DNA of 64,000 bases from an uncultured Bacteroidota bacterium (GCA_903831935.1 CAIKZP010000031.1:10401-74400), one strand, 5' to 3'; positions 1 to 9,369 are shown, counted from the stretch's first letter. Numbers and translations: made by a program. Notes: generated by a model from the sequence alone, not told the origin.

Positions 1-1
1 G

Positions 2-352
2 AGTGGCTCCTTGTCTTATATGATTACTGAAACCTTTGAGTGGGAGCAAGGACTTGATAAAAAATTTCAAGAAGCAAAAGCTTTTTATGGTGTGATAGTA
101 GTATCCTTATTAATAGGGCTCTCTTTAAACTATATTGGCATCTCTCCTATTAAGGCTTTAATTTATTCAGCCATTTTATATGGATTAACCGCACCAGTTT
201 TAATTGCCATCATCTTGCATATATCAAACAATAAAAAAGTGATGGGTAATTACACCAATAATAAAGTAGCAAACATTTTAGGTATTACTACTTTATTATT
301 AATGACTGCTGCAGGAATTGTATTGGTTTATTTGCAGGTTAGTGATAAATAA
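2..352 (+). CDS. Nramp/MntH-type divalent metal transporter, C-terminal fragment (5' end outside window)
   Basis: The frame is open from base 2 with no upstream stop, and the ORF track begins it at an internal TTG at 11. It has two hydrophobic C-terminal helices, and the tail 'ALIYSAILYGLTAPVLIAIILHISNNKKVMGNYTNNK' resembles Nramp-family C-termini. Confidence 0.55.
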   Translation, partial: SGSLSYMITETFEWEQGLDKKFQEAKAFYGVIVVSLLIGLSLNYIGISPIKALIYSAILYGLTAPVLIAIILHISNNKKVMGNYTNNKVANILGITTLLLMTAAGIVLVYLQVSDK

Positions 353-355
353 ATT

Positions 356-2281
356 TTATAAAGTCCAGTTACATCCTAGCATCATATTGAATCGTTTGCT
401 GTTATAGCCTACAATTTCAAAATATTCTTGGTTGGTGATATTTCTTAGGTCAATAAATAATTTTGCTTTTTTTGATGCAGCATATCCTACATAAAAGTCA
501 AGGGTATAGTATGCTGGCATTTTTTCAGGACCTGCATCATAAGTGCCTTTAACACGTGTTCCTACATATCTTATAGAAGGCATCAGTGTTAGCGATGTTG
601 TTGGCTGTAAATTCAAAACACTACTCCAAGTAAAATTAGGTCGGCGATATAAATTTTTAACTTTCACTGCATTGGTTTCTCCTTCTCCATCTACATAAGT
701 AATGTTATTAACCCAAGAGGTATTTTTACCAATTGCCACAGTACTTTCTAGCTCAACGCCATAATCGTGTTGTGTGTCTCGATTTATGTATTTACTATCA
801 TAAGTTATTGGGTTGGTATAGAAAATAATCAGGTCTTTAATATCTCTTTTGAATCCTGCAAACCGGATATTTGAATTTCTATTCTTTGAAAATAATTGCA
901 TACCTAATTCGTAATTAATACTCTTTTCTGGTTGCAATTGCTTGTTGCCATATTCGCTATACAATTGATATAAGGATGGAATTTTATATGCGGTAGAAAT
1001 ATTTACAAATACTTTAGTAAGATCGGTTAAATGATAAGAAGGATTAAATGTAAACGTGGTATTATTTCCGTAAATAGTATGGTGATTGTATCGAAATCCT
1101 GCTTCTACATCAAAGCCTCCTGCCCCAGTTAATAACAAAGAATTATATACCGATAAATTAGTGGCTTTTGCACTATCTCCAAGTGCAGTTGCGTAAGGAC
1201 CCCAATTACTAATACTCAAGTATTGTTGATCGGTTTGTTGTGTTAAACTTTGTATTCCACTAACCAGTGTTATTTTTTTTGCTAATACAATATTGCCATA
1301 CAATTCAGTAATAGCAGTATTTCCGTGGTAAGTTCCTTTTGAGTATTTAGCAAATCCACCAATATTGGTACTATCATCGGTATACACCCTTTCTGCTTTT
1401 AGAAAAGTTTGTTGCAGGTGTATTTGTATTTGATTGGCATGATAGGTTAGGTCAATATTATTGGTTAAATTATTATTGTAAAACACATTGTCTTTATCGT
1501 CTGCAAAAGCGCCAGCATCGGTACCGCCTTTATAAATAGAAGATCGGTGCATACTGCTAACAGTTAATCGATCGCTTAGTTGATAGGCAAATTTTGCTTG
1601 CCAATTATTTTGAATAAAATTATCCTTATCAAAGCCTTTTTTGCCTGTACTATCTGTAGCTGTTGAAAAGCCTTGGCTATTGGTAAAATCATATCCTAAT
1701 TGATAACTGAATTTTTTTGCAGTTCCATTAATACCAATGGTTCCTCTAAGCGTTTGATAACTGCCATAACTTAATTGAGCAGTTGGCGTAAAACTATTTT
1801 TAGTTGTTTTTTTGGTGATAATATTAATTACACCTGCTACTGCACCGCTTCCCCAAAGCGTACTTTGTGCACCTTTTAAAATTTCAATACGCTCTACTTG
1901 ACCAAGTGAAATCATGCTGAGGTCAAAAGTGTTATTAATTTGAGAAGGATCACAAACAGGAATCCCATCAATTAAAATTAAGGTATTGCCTAATCCAGCG
2001 CCTCTCATATACACATCGGGATTAGTACCCAAATTATTACTAGCGCCATTAATAAAAATGCCTGCTTGGTAATTAATAATTTCTGAAATGGTTTTGCCTG
2101 CATTACGTTGCAGGGTTTCTTGGTTAATAACAGTAACCATTTTACCCGTACTGGATTGCTTCTGTTGAAATTTTGTTGCGGTTACAAATACTTCATCAAG
2201 TGTTTTAGTAGATGTACTGTCTTGTGCGTGTAGCTGACTGCCAATAATTAGAGCAGTCATAACTAAAAACGTTTTTTTCAT
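356..2281 (-). CDS. btuB: TonB-dependent outer-membrane receptor, BtuB-like (cobalamin riboswitch-controlled)
   Basis: Signal peptide. Plug domain motifs 'DEVFVTATK', 'YMRGAG..NTLILIDGIPV' and 'ERIEILKGAQSTLWGSGAVAGVINIITKK'. Beta-barrel ends in aromatic '..NWTL'. A B12 riboswitch lies directly upstream on the same strand. Confidence 0.8.
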   Translation of the reverse strand: MKKTFLVMTALIIGSQLHAQDSTSTKTLDEVFVTATKFQQKQSSTGKMVTVINQETLQRNAGKTISEIINYQAGIFINGASNNLGTNPDVYMRGAGLGNTLILIDGIPVCDPSQINNTFDLSMISLGQVERIEILKGAQSTLWGSGAVAGVINIITKKTTKNSFTPTAQLSYGSYQTLRGTIGINGTAKKFSYQLGYDFTNSQGFSTATDSTGKKGFDKDNFIQNNWQAKFAYQLSDRLTVSSMHRSSIYKGGTDAGAFADDKDNVFYNNNLTNNIDLTYHANQIQIHLQQTFLKAERVYTDDSTNIGGFAKYSKGTYHGNTAITELYGNIVLAKKITLVSGIQSLTQQTDQQYLSISNWGPYATALGDSAKATNLSVYNSLLLTGAGGFDVEAGFRYNHHTIYGNNTTFTFNPSYHLTDLTKVFVNISTAYKIPSLYQLYSEYGNKQLQPEKSINYELGMQLFSKNRNSNIRFAGFKRDIKDLIIFYTNPITYDSKYINRDTQHDYGVELESTVAIGKNTSWVNNITYVDGEGETNAVKVKNLYRRPNFTWSSVLNLQPTTSLTLMPSIRYVGTRVKGTYDAGPEKMPAYYTLDFYVGYAASKKAKLFIDLRNITNQEYFEIVGYNSKRFNMMLGCNWTL

Positions 2282-2394
2282 TATTGAAAATGTTTTTGTT
2301 GTGACTACTTCCAGGAAAATTAAAAGATAGAAATATAAATGTCTGTAAGACGATTACATCTCATGCCTTTCACCCGAAAGCCGAATAGTTGTTA

Positions 2395-2570
2395 TGTATC
2401 GGCAGGTCTTCTGACTTACTCCATTATTCAAGGCCTTCCCGTTGTTAACAGTGGCGCAAAATTTGAATAATACAAAGGAGCTTACAGCTACGGGGATAGC
2501 TCCGGATTTACACCGGATTCCCTATTAATCCATTACTTTCTACGAAAGCATTAGAACCGTTACAAGACAA
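2395..2570 (-). promoter_or_regulatory. Cobalamin (B12) riboswitch
   Basis: The minus strand reads '..AATAGGGAATCCGGTGTAAATCCGGAGC..' (rc of ~2499-2527). It also reads the B12 box 'AGTCAGAAGACCTGCC' (rc of 2401-2417). The element lies ~120 nt upstream of the receptor ATG at 2281. Confidence 0.85.
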
Positions 2571-2638
2571 AACTAGTTTTTAATTCGAACTTCAATAAAA
2601 GAGTTGCTAACAGTGTAGTGGATAAAATTTATTATTTG

Positions 2639-4549
2639 CTAAAAAGTTAAATTAATGCCCGCCATTATCCATCTGCCTGGCATTTGCGCACCCAATAAAT
2701 CGCTATAATTAGTATCGAACAAATTTGATGCTTCAATAAAACATCCTGCAACCTTTTTTACAATAAATACTTCGCACCTTGTATTGAGTAAAAAATAGTT
2801 TGGAGTTATTGTTGCATTGATTGCCGAAGCATTTTGCGCTGTTCTAATTTTATACACCCCATTAGCGCTCAATTGTACATATTGGTTACTATATACCAAC
2901 ATTAAATTGGTTAATAATTTGGCATGCGAGCTAATATAAAAAGAGGGAACCACATTACTGCTCTCACTATCTAACCAAACCAATCCTAGTGTTGCCCAAA
3001 TTTTATGTTGTTGATTTAATTCTTGATGGTATTGAATATCTGTTTCGAATCCTGCTGTATTTACTTTAGCAATATTTGTTGCCAACGCATAACTACCTGT
3101 TGCAATAAGGTTTGAGGTTCTTGGCATACTACTATATGGTGTAGGTGTCCAGTCTATTAATTTCTGTTGGTCTCTTTTAAAAATTGTTGCCGATAATTTG
3201 AAGGCTGTTTTTACAAACACATCAAATCCTAATTCATAACTTAGGCTTCTTTCAGCTGCTAAGTTTGGATTGCCAATACTGCCAGAGCTAACCAATATTT
3301 TATTGTAATTATTATATCGTTCTGTAAAATCTGCCTGACGAATGGTTTTTCCAATACTACCGCGTATTTGCGCAGATGTTAATTGGTAAGAAATATTTAG
3401 TTGTGGCACCAATTCTGTACCACTGTTTTCGGTATAGTCTAAGCGAAGTGAAGGAGAAAATAGCATTTTATTACTCACCGCTTGCGTTACAATAAAATAC
3501 CCGGCAGCCTGTTGTAATTGGTGGTCGCCCCTATCATTTGAAATGATTTTTTTATTTTGATATTGTAAGCCAGCCACCCAATTAGATTGCCCACCATATT
3601 GATGACTATAATGTGTATTAATTTGAACAACAGATGAAAGATTATTATTGGGCAATGACCCTGAATTAAAACTAAATTCATCGGTTAATTTTTTATACCC
3701 TGCATCAAACTGAAATTGATTGGCTGCTTTTTGATAGACCAAACTAAGTTGGTGCCAATTAGTTGCAACAATTTCTTTAGCAGTATCTGACTTAAAACTT
3801 GTATAAAAATTTTGTGCACTAAAATCTCGTTTATCAAATGCAGATCTAATTGCTAAACGCCAATTATTTGACAACTGCTGTCTTAAAGAAAAAGAAGCTG
3901 TTTGGTTATTAAAAAAGCCTGTAGTGCCTCTTTGCGCTTGCCCGTCTGCCGAATTAACTAAGTATCCTGCCGCAATTGCTGAATGGCCTTTTTGGTAATA
4001 CAATCCTGCATTCAAATTTTTCAAACCATAATTTCCTGCAATTGCTTGTACAGAATATTTATTGTTGGTATTGTTTTCTTTGGCAGAAAAAGTTTTGGTA
4101 ATAATATGCACAACTCCCCCAACTGCGTCCGTTCCATAAATAGCAGATGCTGCGCCTTTTAACACTTCAATTCTTTCAATTTCACCAGGAGAGATAGGTA
4201 TATTGCCATTAAAATGACCTGTATTAGGATCATTCAATCGAAGTCCATCTAATAATACAAGCACTTGTTGAAACGTACCACCTCGAATAACAATATCAGC
4301 TTGTGAGCCGCCTGGGCCGCGCATTTGCACTTCAACACCAGGAATATATTTTAATAACTCGTCTATGGAGTGTATAGGTAAACTACTAAAATAACTACCC
4401 TTAATACTACTAATATTTCTACCAGTTTTTGAAGCATTCAACTGTGTTAGGGAAGCACTTACTGTTACTGGGTCTAATAGATTTTCTGCTTGCTGCCCAT
4501 ATACACTTGGCGCAATCATTAATAATAGGAAAAATAATGTTTTAAACAT
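2639..4549 (-). CDS. TonB-dependent outer-membrane receptor
   Basis: Signal peptide 'MFKTLFFLLLMIAPSVYGQ'. Plug motifs 'VQMRGPGGSQADIVIRGG', 'VLLDGLRLND' and 'IERIEVLKGAASAIYGTDAVGGVVHIITK'. C-terminal '..GINLTF'. Confidence 0.85.
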   Translation of the reverse strand: MFKTLFFLLLMIAPSVYGQQAENLLDPVTVSASLTQLNASKTGRNISSIKGSYFSSLPIHSIDELLKYIPGVEVQMRGPGGSQADIVIRGGTFQQVLVLLDGLRLNDPNTGHFNGNIPISPGEIERIEVLKGAASAIYGTDAVGGVVHIITKTFSAKENNTNNKYSVQAIAGNYGLKNLNAGLYYQKGHSAIAAGYLVNSADGQAQRGTTGFFNNQTASFSLRQQLSNNWRLAIRSAFDKRDFSAQNFYTSFKSDTAKEIVATNWHQLSLVYQKAANQFQFDAGYKKLTDEFSFNSGSLPNNNLSSVVQINTHYSHQYGGQSNWVAGLQYQNKKIISNDRGDHQLQQAAGYFIVTQAVSNKMLFSPSLRLDYTENSGTELVPQLNISYQLTSAQIRGSIGKTIRQADFTERYNNYNKILVSSGSIGNPNLAAERSLSYELGFDVFVKTAFKLSATIFKRDQQKLIDWTPTPYSSMPRTSNLIATGSYALATNIAKVNTAGFETDIQYHQELNQQHKIWATLGLVWLDSESSNVVPSFYISSHAKLLTNLMLVYSNQYVQLSANGVYKIRTAQNASAINATITPNYFLLNTRCEVFIVKKVAGCFIEASNLFDTNYSDLLGAQMPGRWIMAGINLTF

Positions 4550-4651
4550 TCAGGTGTTTTTTCTAAAATGGCAAATATAGGTTGCTACATTTTGCGCATC
4601 TTTACTTTTTAAGAAAAAAAACAGCTTTGCTACAAATTCAATAATGCAATT

Positions 4652-5419
4652 ATGCGAATTATCTCTTATAATGTTAACGGCATCCGCGCTGCAATGAATA
4701 AAGGTTTTGTAGATTGGTTAAAAACCGATCCTGCAGATATTATTTGTTTGCAAGAAATTAAAGCACAAAAAGAAAATGTAGACTTTAATAAAATTGAAGA
4801 ACTCGGGTACCAAAGTTTTTGGTTTTCTGCACAAAAAAAAGGATATAGTGGTGTTGCCATTTTCACCAAAATCAAGCCTACTAAGGTTTTCTACGGCAAT
4901 GAAATTGACCATAGTGATTTTGAAGGCAGGGTAATTCGTGCAGATTTTGGAAAAATTACTTTAATAAATGCTTACTTTCCTTCCGGCACAAGTGGAGATG
5001 AAAGGCAGACCTATAAATATAAATGGCTAGATGAGTTTTTTGTTTATTTACAAGAACTACGCAAAACAAGACCCAATATTATTATTGTAGGAGATTATAA
5101 TATAGCCCATAACGCTATTGACATTCATGATCCAAAAGGCAATAAAAACTCCTCGGGATTTTTGCCAGAAGAACGTGCTTGGATGGACAAGTTTTTAGCA
5201 AGTGGCTGGGTAGACAGTTACCGAACATTAAACCCCGAAACTACTGGAGGATACTCTTGGTGGAGCCAACGTTTTCCTACAGTGCGCTTACAGAACAAAG
5301 GCTGGCGTATTGATTATATCTGCATTACAGAAAGTTTAAAAAAACAATTAGTAGCCGCAGAAATATATCCAGACGTAAAGCATAGCGACCATTGTCCTAT
5401 TTATATTGCCCTTAAATAA
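4652..5419 (+). CDS. xth: Exodeoxyribonuclease III
   Basis: 'MRIISYNVNGIRAA..', 'ICLQEIK', 'GDYNIAH' and 'SDHCP' are typical ExoIII/AP endonuclease family motifs. Length is 255 aa. Confidence 0.9.
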   Translation: MRIISYNVNGIRAAMNKGFVDWLKTDPADIICLQEIKAQKENVDFNKIEELGYQSFWFSAQKKGYSGVAIFTKIKPTKVFYGNEIDHSDFEGRVIRADFGKITLINAYFPSGTSGDERQTYKYKWLDEFFVYLQELRKTRPNIIIVGDYNIAHNAIDIHDPKGNKNSSGFLPEERAWMDKFLASGWVDSYRTLNPETTGGYSWWSQRFPTVRLQNKGWRIDYICITESLKKQLVAAEIYPDVKHSDHCPIYIALK

Positions 5420-5435
5420 TTCAAATAACTCAAAA

Positions 5436-5741
5436 ATGTACATCTACAATATCACTTCTAAAATAGATCCTTCTATCCATGAAAACTGGGTAGCTTGGAT
5501 GAAAGAAACACATATTCCCGAAGTTATGGCCACTAATTGCTTTACACAGTACCAATTTGTGCGCTTATTAGAAGTAGATGATAGCGATGGACCTACCTAT
5601 GCTATTCAATATATGGCTAATTCTAAGGCAGATTATAACCGATACCTTGAAATTCATGCTCCTTTATTAAGCAAAAAGGCAGCAAATGCATGGGGTAATC
5701 TTTTTATAGGTTTTAGGTCTTTAATGCAAGTTGTGCATTGA
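5436..5741 (+). CDS. DUF4286-like small protein
   Basis: The internal ATG at 5436 gives 'MYIYNITSKIDPSIHENWVAWMKETHIPEVM..', which matches the conserved N-terminus of a ~100-aa Bacteroidota family. The track start at 5406 overlaps xth. Confidence 0.6.
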   Translation: MYIYNITSKIDPSIHENWVAWMKETHIPEVMATNCFTQYQFVRLLEVDDSDGPTYAIQYMANSKADYNRYLEIHAPLLSKKAANAWGNLFIGFRSLMQVVH

Positions 5742-5965
5742 GTGTGGAAACATTTCTTTTTTTAGTTTGACAATCAAAAATCTTTACTATATTCCTTTGA
5801 AACGCGCTTTGGCAAAGGATTTCAGCGCATCTAAGGCTGAAACCCTTTGATAGCAATAGTTTCAGAGAAATCTAACTGTTTTATTCTTGTAAGTTTTATG
5901 TCTATTAATTCGCTGAAACCCTTTCGTATAGAGGATTTAACAAATATTAGGTTCAGAAAAAAAAT

Positions 5966-5995
5966 TTTGTTAGATGATAAATTAAAATAAATTTG
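5966..5995 (+). promoter_or_regulatory. Putative Bacteroidota-type promoter for hup (-33 TTTG / -7 TAAATTTG)
   Basis: TTTG at 5966-5969 and TAAATTTG (TAnnTTTG consensus) at 5988-5995, with an 18-nt spacer, ~30 nt upstream of the hup ATG. Confidence 0.4.
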
Positions 5996-6025
5996 TGTAG
6001 TTAAAAAACAACAAAAAAAACATTT

Positions 6026-6295
6026 ATGAACAAAGCCGAATTAATTGCACAGCTTGCCGAAGATGCTGGCATCACAAAAACTCAAGCTAACGCAACGTTA
6101 GATTCTTTTGTAAACACTGTAACCAAAACTTTAAAGAAAGGCGATAAAGTTACTTTGGTTGGATTTGGTACTTTTTCAGTTTCTAAGCGTGCTGCTCGTA
6201 CAGGCCGTAACCCTCAAACTGGAGAAACCATCAAAATCAAAGCAAAAAAAGTTGCTCGCTTCAAAGCAGGTAAAGAATTAGCTTCTAAAGTTTAA
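6026..6295 (+). CDS. hup: HU family DNA-binding protein
   Basis: '[12 protein letters not shown]..', '[31 protein letters not shown]' is the canonical HU/IHF fold signature. Length is 89 aa. Confidence 0.95.
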   Translation: MNKAELIAQLAEDAGITKTQANATLDSFVNTVTKTLKKGDKVTLVGFGTFSVSKRAARTGRNPQTGETIKIKAKKVARFKAGKELASKV

Positions 6296-6319
6296 TTCAA
6301 AAAAGACACTCTACAGAAA

Positions 6320-6347
6320 AACCCTTGCAATATGCGAGGGTTTTTCT
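6320..6347 (+). terminator. Rho-independent terminator after hup
   Basis: Hairpin 'ACCCTTGC-AATAT-GCGAGGGT' followed by TTTTT. Confidence 0.6.
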
Positions 6348-6388
6348 ATTTTTGCTGTTCATAAAATATTTCACTCTAAAATTGCAAC

Positions 6389-6502
6389 ATGGGCAGAGGC
6401 GATAAAAAAACCGCAAAAGGCAAAAGATTCAAAGGATCTTTTGGTAAAAGTAGACCAGCAAATGCTACTAAATCTAAAAAGCCAACTGTAAAAGCAGCTT
6501 AA
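6389..6502 (+). CDS. 30S ribosomal protein THX (37 aa, absent from the ORF track)
   Basis: Hand translation gives MGRGDKKTAKGKRFKGSFGKSRPANATKSKKPTVKAA*. The 'MG+GD+KT.+GK.F+GS.GK.RP' pattern matches Thermus/Bacteroidota THX. It is followed by a strong terminator. Confidence 0.75.
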   Translation: MGRGDKKTAKGKRFKGSFGKSRPANATKSKKPTVKAA

Positions 6503-6526
6503 TTAGCTATTGTATATCAGTTTACC

Positions 6527-6567
6527 AAAGCAGTTTTGTTTTAAGGCAAAACTGCTTTATTTTTTTA
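6527..6567. terminator. Bidirectional rho-independent terminator (THX gene and convergent aminotransferase)
   Basis: Perfect 12-bp stem AAAGCAGTTTTG (6527-6538) / CAAAACTGCTTT (6547-6558), followed by a T-run. The stop codon of the minus-strand gene sits inside the 3' arm. Confidence 0.75.
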
Positions 6568-7855
6568 CAGATGCCGCCAATTCGTTGATTGCCTTGGCAA
6601 ATTTGTCTAAATCTTGCAGGCGAGTGTATACATGTGGCGTAACGCGAACACAACTAATATTCTCCCAAACTATGCCTACTGTGTGTATTTTATAGGTATT
6701 ATACAAGGCTGTATCTAATTCCCCCGGCGTCATACCATCGATACTTACCCCGCAAATAGCGCAAGAATAAGCAGGCTTTAAGGAAGTATGAATTTTTACT
6801 TTTGGTGTATTAATTACCTGATTAACCCAGTAGTTCTTTAAGTAGCGAATTCGCTCTTCTTTTCTTTTAGAGCCAATTGCTAGGTGAAAATTAACCGCTT
6901 CACCAATTCCTTGCTCAATTGGAAAGCTTCTAGTACCTAATGTTTCAAACTTTCTAATATCGGCACTACGCGGCTCTCCATTACAAGTTAAAGGCCAAAT
7001 ATTTTTTATTTTATCTTTCTTAATCCACATCATGCCAGAACCAATAGGGGCACTTAAAAATTTATGCAAACTGGTTCCAAAATAATCGCAACCCAAATCA
7101 GGAATTTTAAAATCAAGCAATCCAAAAGAATGCGCGCCATCTACAATCACTTCAACACCCTTCAACTTAGCCATTTCTGCAATCTTTTTAACCGGCATAA
7201 TTTGACCAACCCAGTTAATTACATGGGTAATATGAATGATTTTTGTTTTAGGACCAATGGCCTTTTCATAAGCCGAAACAATTTCTGCATCATTTTCAAT
7301 TGGAAACTGAAAATTCAATTGGGTGTACACAACACCTTCTCTAAGCGCTCTTTGCTTCCATGCTTGAATCATATTAGGATAGTCTTGCTTGGTGCCTATT
7401 ACTTCGTCGCCCGCTTTTAAATCTAATCCATAAATAACCGTATTTAAAGATTCTGTTGCGTTTCTATTGATGGCAATTTCTTCTGGAGAACAACCAGCTA
7501 GTTCAGCTAATTTATACCGAAGCGGTTCACGACCTTGGTCTAAAATGCGCCACATATAGTAAGAAGGGCCTTGATTGGTTAATTGATTATATCGTTCCAC
7601 TGCTTCTTGAACTACCCGTGGAGAAGGACTTACGCCCCCATTATTCAAATTCACAAAATTTGAATGAACCGTATAACCTTGTTGAATCACACTCCAATAA
7701 TCTTCATCTGCAGCAACTGCCGATGGCGTTAAGAGTTGTACTTTTTTTTGTGCTGCTTCGAAATTAGCGGCATGTAATTGGTTAAACAAGCTGTTAGCCG
7801 AAAAAGCACCAGCCATTAAACCCATTTTTTGTAGGAAAGCCCTTCTTTGATTCAT
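6557..7855 (-). CDS. Class-V aminotransferase-fold PLP enzyme with twin-arginine signal
   Basis: The start at ATG 7855 gives 'MNQRRAFLQKMGLMAGAFSA', a Tat motif of RRxFLK type. The body has the class-V fold pattern, including 'GTSLHKFLSAPIGSG' with a putative PLP lysine. The alternative upstream start at 7936 adds 27 aa. Confidence 0.75.
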   Translation of the reverse strand: MNQRRAFLQKMGLMAGAFSANSLFNQLHAANFEAAQKKVQLLTPSAVAADEDYWSVIQQGYTVHSNFVNLNNGGVSPSPRVVQEAVERYNQLTNQGPSYYMWRILDQGREPLRYKLAELAGCSPEEIAINRNATESLNTVIYGLDLKAGDEVIGTKQDYPNMIQAWKQRALREGVVYTQLNFQFPIENDAEIVSAYEKAIGPKTKIIHITHVINWVGQIMPVKKIAEMAKLKGVEVIVDGAHSFGLLDFKIPDLGCDYFGTSLHKFLSAPIGSGMMWIKKDKIKNIWPLTCNGEPRSADIRKFETLGTRSFPIEQGIGEAVNFHLAIGSKRKEERIRYLKNYWVNQVINTPKVKIHTSLKPAYSCAICGVSIDGMTPGELDTALYNTYKIHTVGIVWENISCVRVTPHVYTRLQDLDKFAKAINELAASVKK

Positions 7856-7944
7856 TGTATACAATTGAAAAAGAAAGTTAGTAAAAAAGGGCGATGAAAA
7901 AAAGTATGGATTTTTAAAATTGGAAATGAATTTCAATAAATAAT

Positions 7945-9369
7945 TTATTTGAATTCATACGAATAAAGTACTTCTTTGTTTTTATGCAATTCGTCTATGC
8001 TAGTTTGAACATAATCAACAAAAGCATGACCATTTTCAATTTTAATTCTTACATAACCTGGATTATTCAAAATCTTTCCAGAAGCATAGCCGTATTCGGC
8101 TGGGCTACGTGAATTACCATATTTAAATGAACCAGGTTGAGGAACTAGTTGGTACACGATTCCATCTAAATCTTGTTTGGCAAAAAAATGATCATGGCCA
8201 TGAAAAACTGCATTGACTTTATTGGCTACTAAAAGTTGGTGAATCGGGGCATCCCAACTGGGTCTGTTTGAGGCGAAGGAATTAATACCATTTGTGTCTA
8301 ATCCACCCCATTCAAAAAACTTTGCTGCTTCAGCACCACCCCTTGCAATTCCATTATTATCTGCACCGCCAACAAGATTATGGATAAATACAAATTTAAA
8401 TTTTGCATGACTACTTACTAGGGTTTTCTGTAACCATTGATATTGTTGTTCTCCAAGGGTACGTTGCCAAGGATTTCTATTATTATTAGTAAACCTAAAA
8501 GGATCTAATACAATAAACAAAGCATCACCCCACTGCCAAGAATAGTAATTTTCTACATACCCTACTGTATTTTCTTTTTGATTATTTCCACTATAAAATT
8601 CATTCGGAAATGGATTGGGATAATATAGTTTTCGAGTTCCACTTGACCAATCAATCATGCGCTCTGCAGACTGTTCTTTTTTTTGTTGACTAGACTCTCC
8701 ATCGTGATTACCAAGCGTAAGAAACAAGCTCGAGGAATTACATACAGTGCCAAAATAATAACGCTGCGCAATATATTGTTTTAAGGATGCTTTATAATCG
8801 ATTCTATATTTATCTGTCATCCAAGTATCGCCAAGATCTACTAAAAAATCTAATGAATCTTGCGCCATATTTTTAAGTGTTCTTTCATACATGGCAGGAT
8901 TGGTATTTTCGTCTAAATGCGAATCTGCTTGTATACAAAAACTAAAATTAGCATTGCTTGCACGCTGCGTTTGAAAATAATTTAGTGAGCCAATTTGGAT
9001 ATTATTTTCAGTTACAACCAACTGATAATAATACCTGCTATTAGCTAAAATATTTTTGATGTCTATAAATACTGTTTGTCCTTTTACAAAATGTATAATA
9101 GGTGTTTTTGAACTTAAATTTTCTTTATCTAAACCATATTGAAAATAGCCAACCATATCAGCTGTAGCAAGTACACTAATAGTTATGGAATGATCAGTTG
9201 GCCTACCTAAAATAATATCATATAAATGATCTGGTATGTCTGTTTTAAAAATACCTATTGGCGCTTGCTTATTTGAACCAATCCCTTCATTTCGTTTACC
9301 CTGTGAATGAATTTTGCTGCTAGTGCAAATAATTACAAATAAAATGACTGTTCTTATAAAACGCTTCAT
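7945..9369 (-). CDS. Secreted calcineurin-like metallophosphoesterase (purple-acid-phosphatase-like)
   Basis: Sec signal peptide. N-terminal beta-sandwich 'ILGRPTDHSITISV'. Metallophosphoesterase motifs 'QADSHLD', 'GDTW', 'LGNHD' and 'HGHDH'. Confidence 0.8.
   Translation of the reverse strand: MKRFIRTVILFVIICTSSKIHSQGKRNEGIGSNKQAPIGIFKTDIPDHLYDIILGRPTDHSITISVLATADMVGYFQYGLDKENLSSKTPIIHFVKGQTVFIDIKNILANSRYYYQLVVTENNIQIGSLNYFQTQRASNANFSFCIQADSHLDENTNPAMYERTLKNMAQDSLDFLVDLGDTWMTDKYRIDYKASLKQYIAQRYYFGTVCNSSSLFLTLGNHDGESSQQKKEQSAERMIDWSSGTRKLYYPNPFPNEFYSGNNQKENTVGYVENYYSWQWGDALFIVLDPFRFTNNNRNPWQRTLGEQQYQWLQKTLVSSHAKFKFVFIHNLVGGADNNGIARGGAEAAKFFEWGGLDTNGINSFASNRPSWDAPIHQLLVANKVNAVFHGHDHFFAKQDLDGIVYQLVPQPGSFKYGNSRSPAEYGYASGKILNNPGYVRIKIENGHAFVDYVQTSIDELHKNKEVLYSYEFK

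Noticed and set aside
5406-5435. N-terminal extensions in the longest-ORF track. Examples are 5406, 7936, 11560, 16969, 20848, 25470, 30201, 34041, 37987, 38077, 39412 and 59902.
   Set aside because: Internal ATGs give canonical N-termini (signal peptides, Rossmann/GT2/HAD motif I) and remove overlaps with upstream genes. The downstream starts were therefore used. 7936 remains a possible alternative.
6510-6695. 61-aa plus-strand ORF starting after the THX gene.
   Set aside because: It begins at a TTG, runs through the bidirectional terminator, and is antisense to the 3' end of the aminotransferase. It has no motif support.
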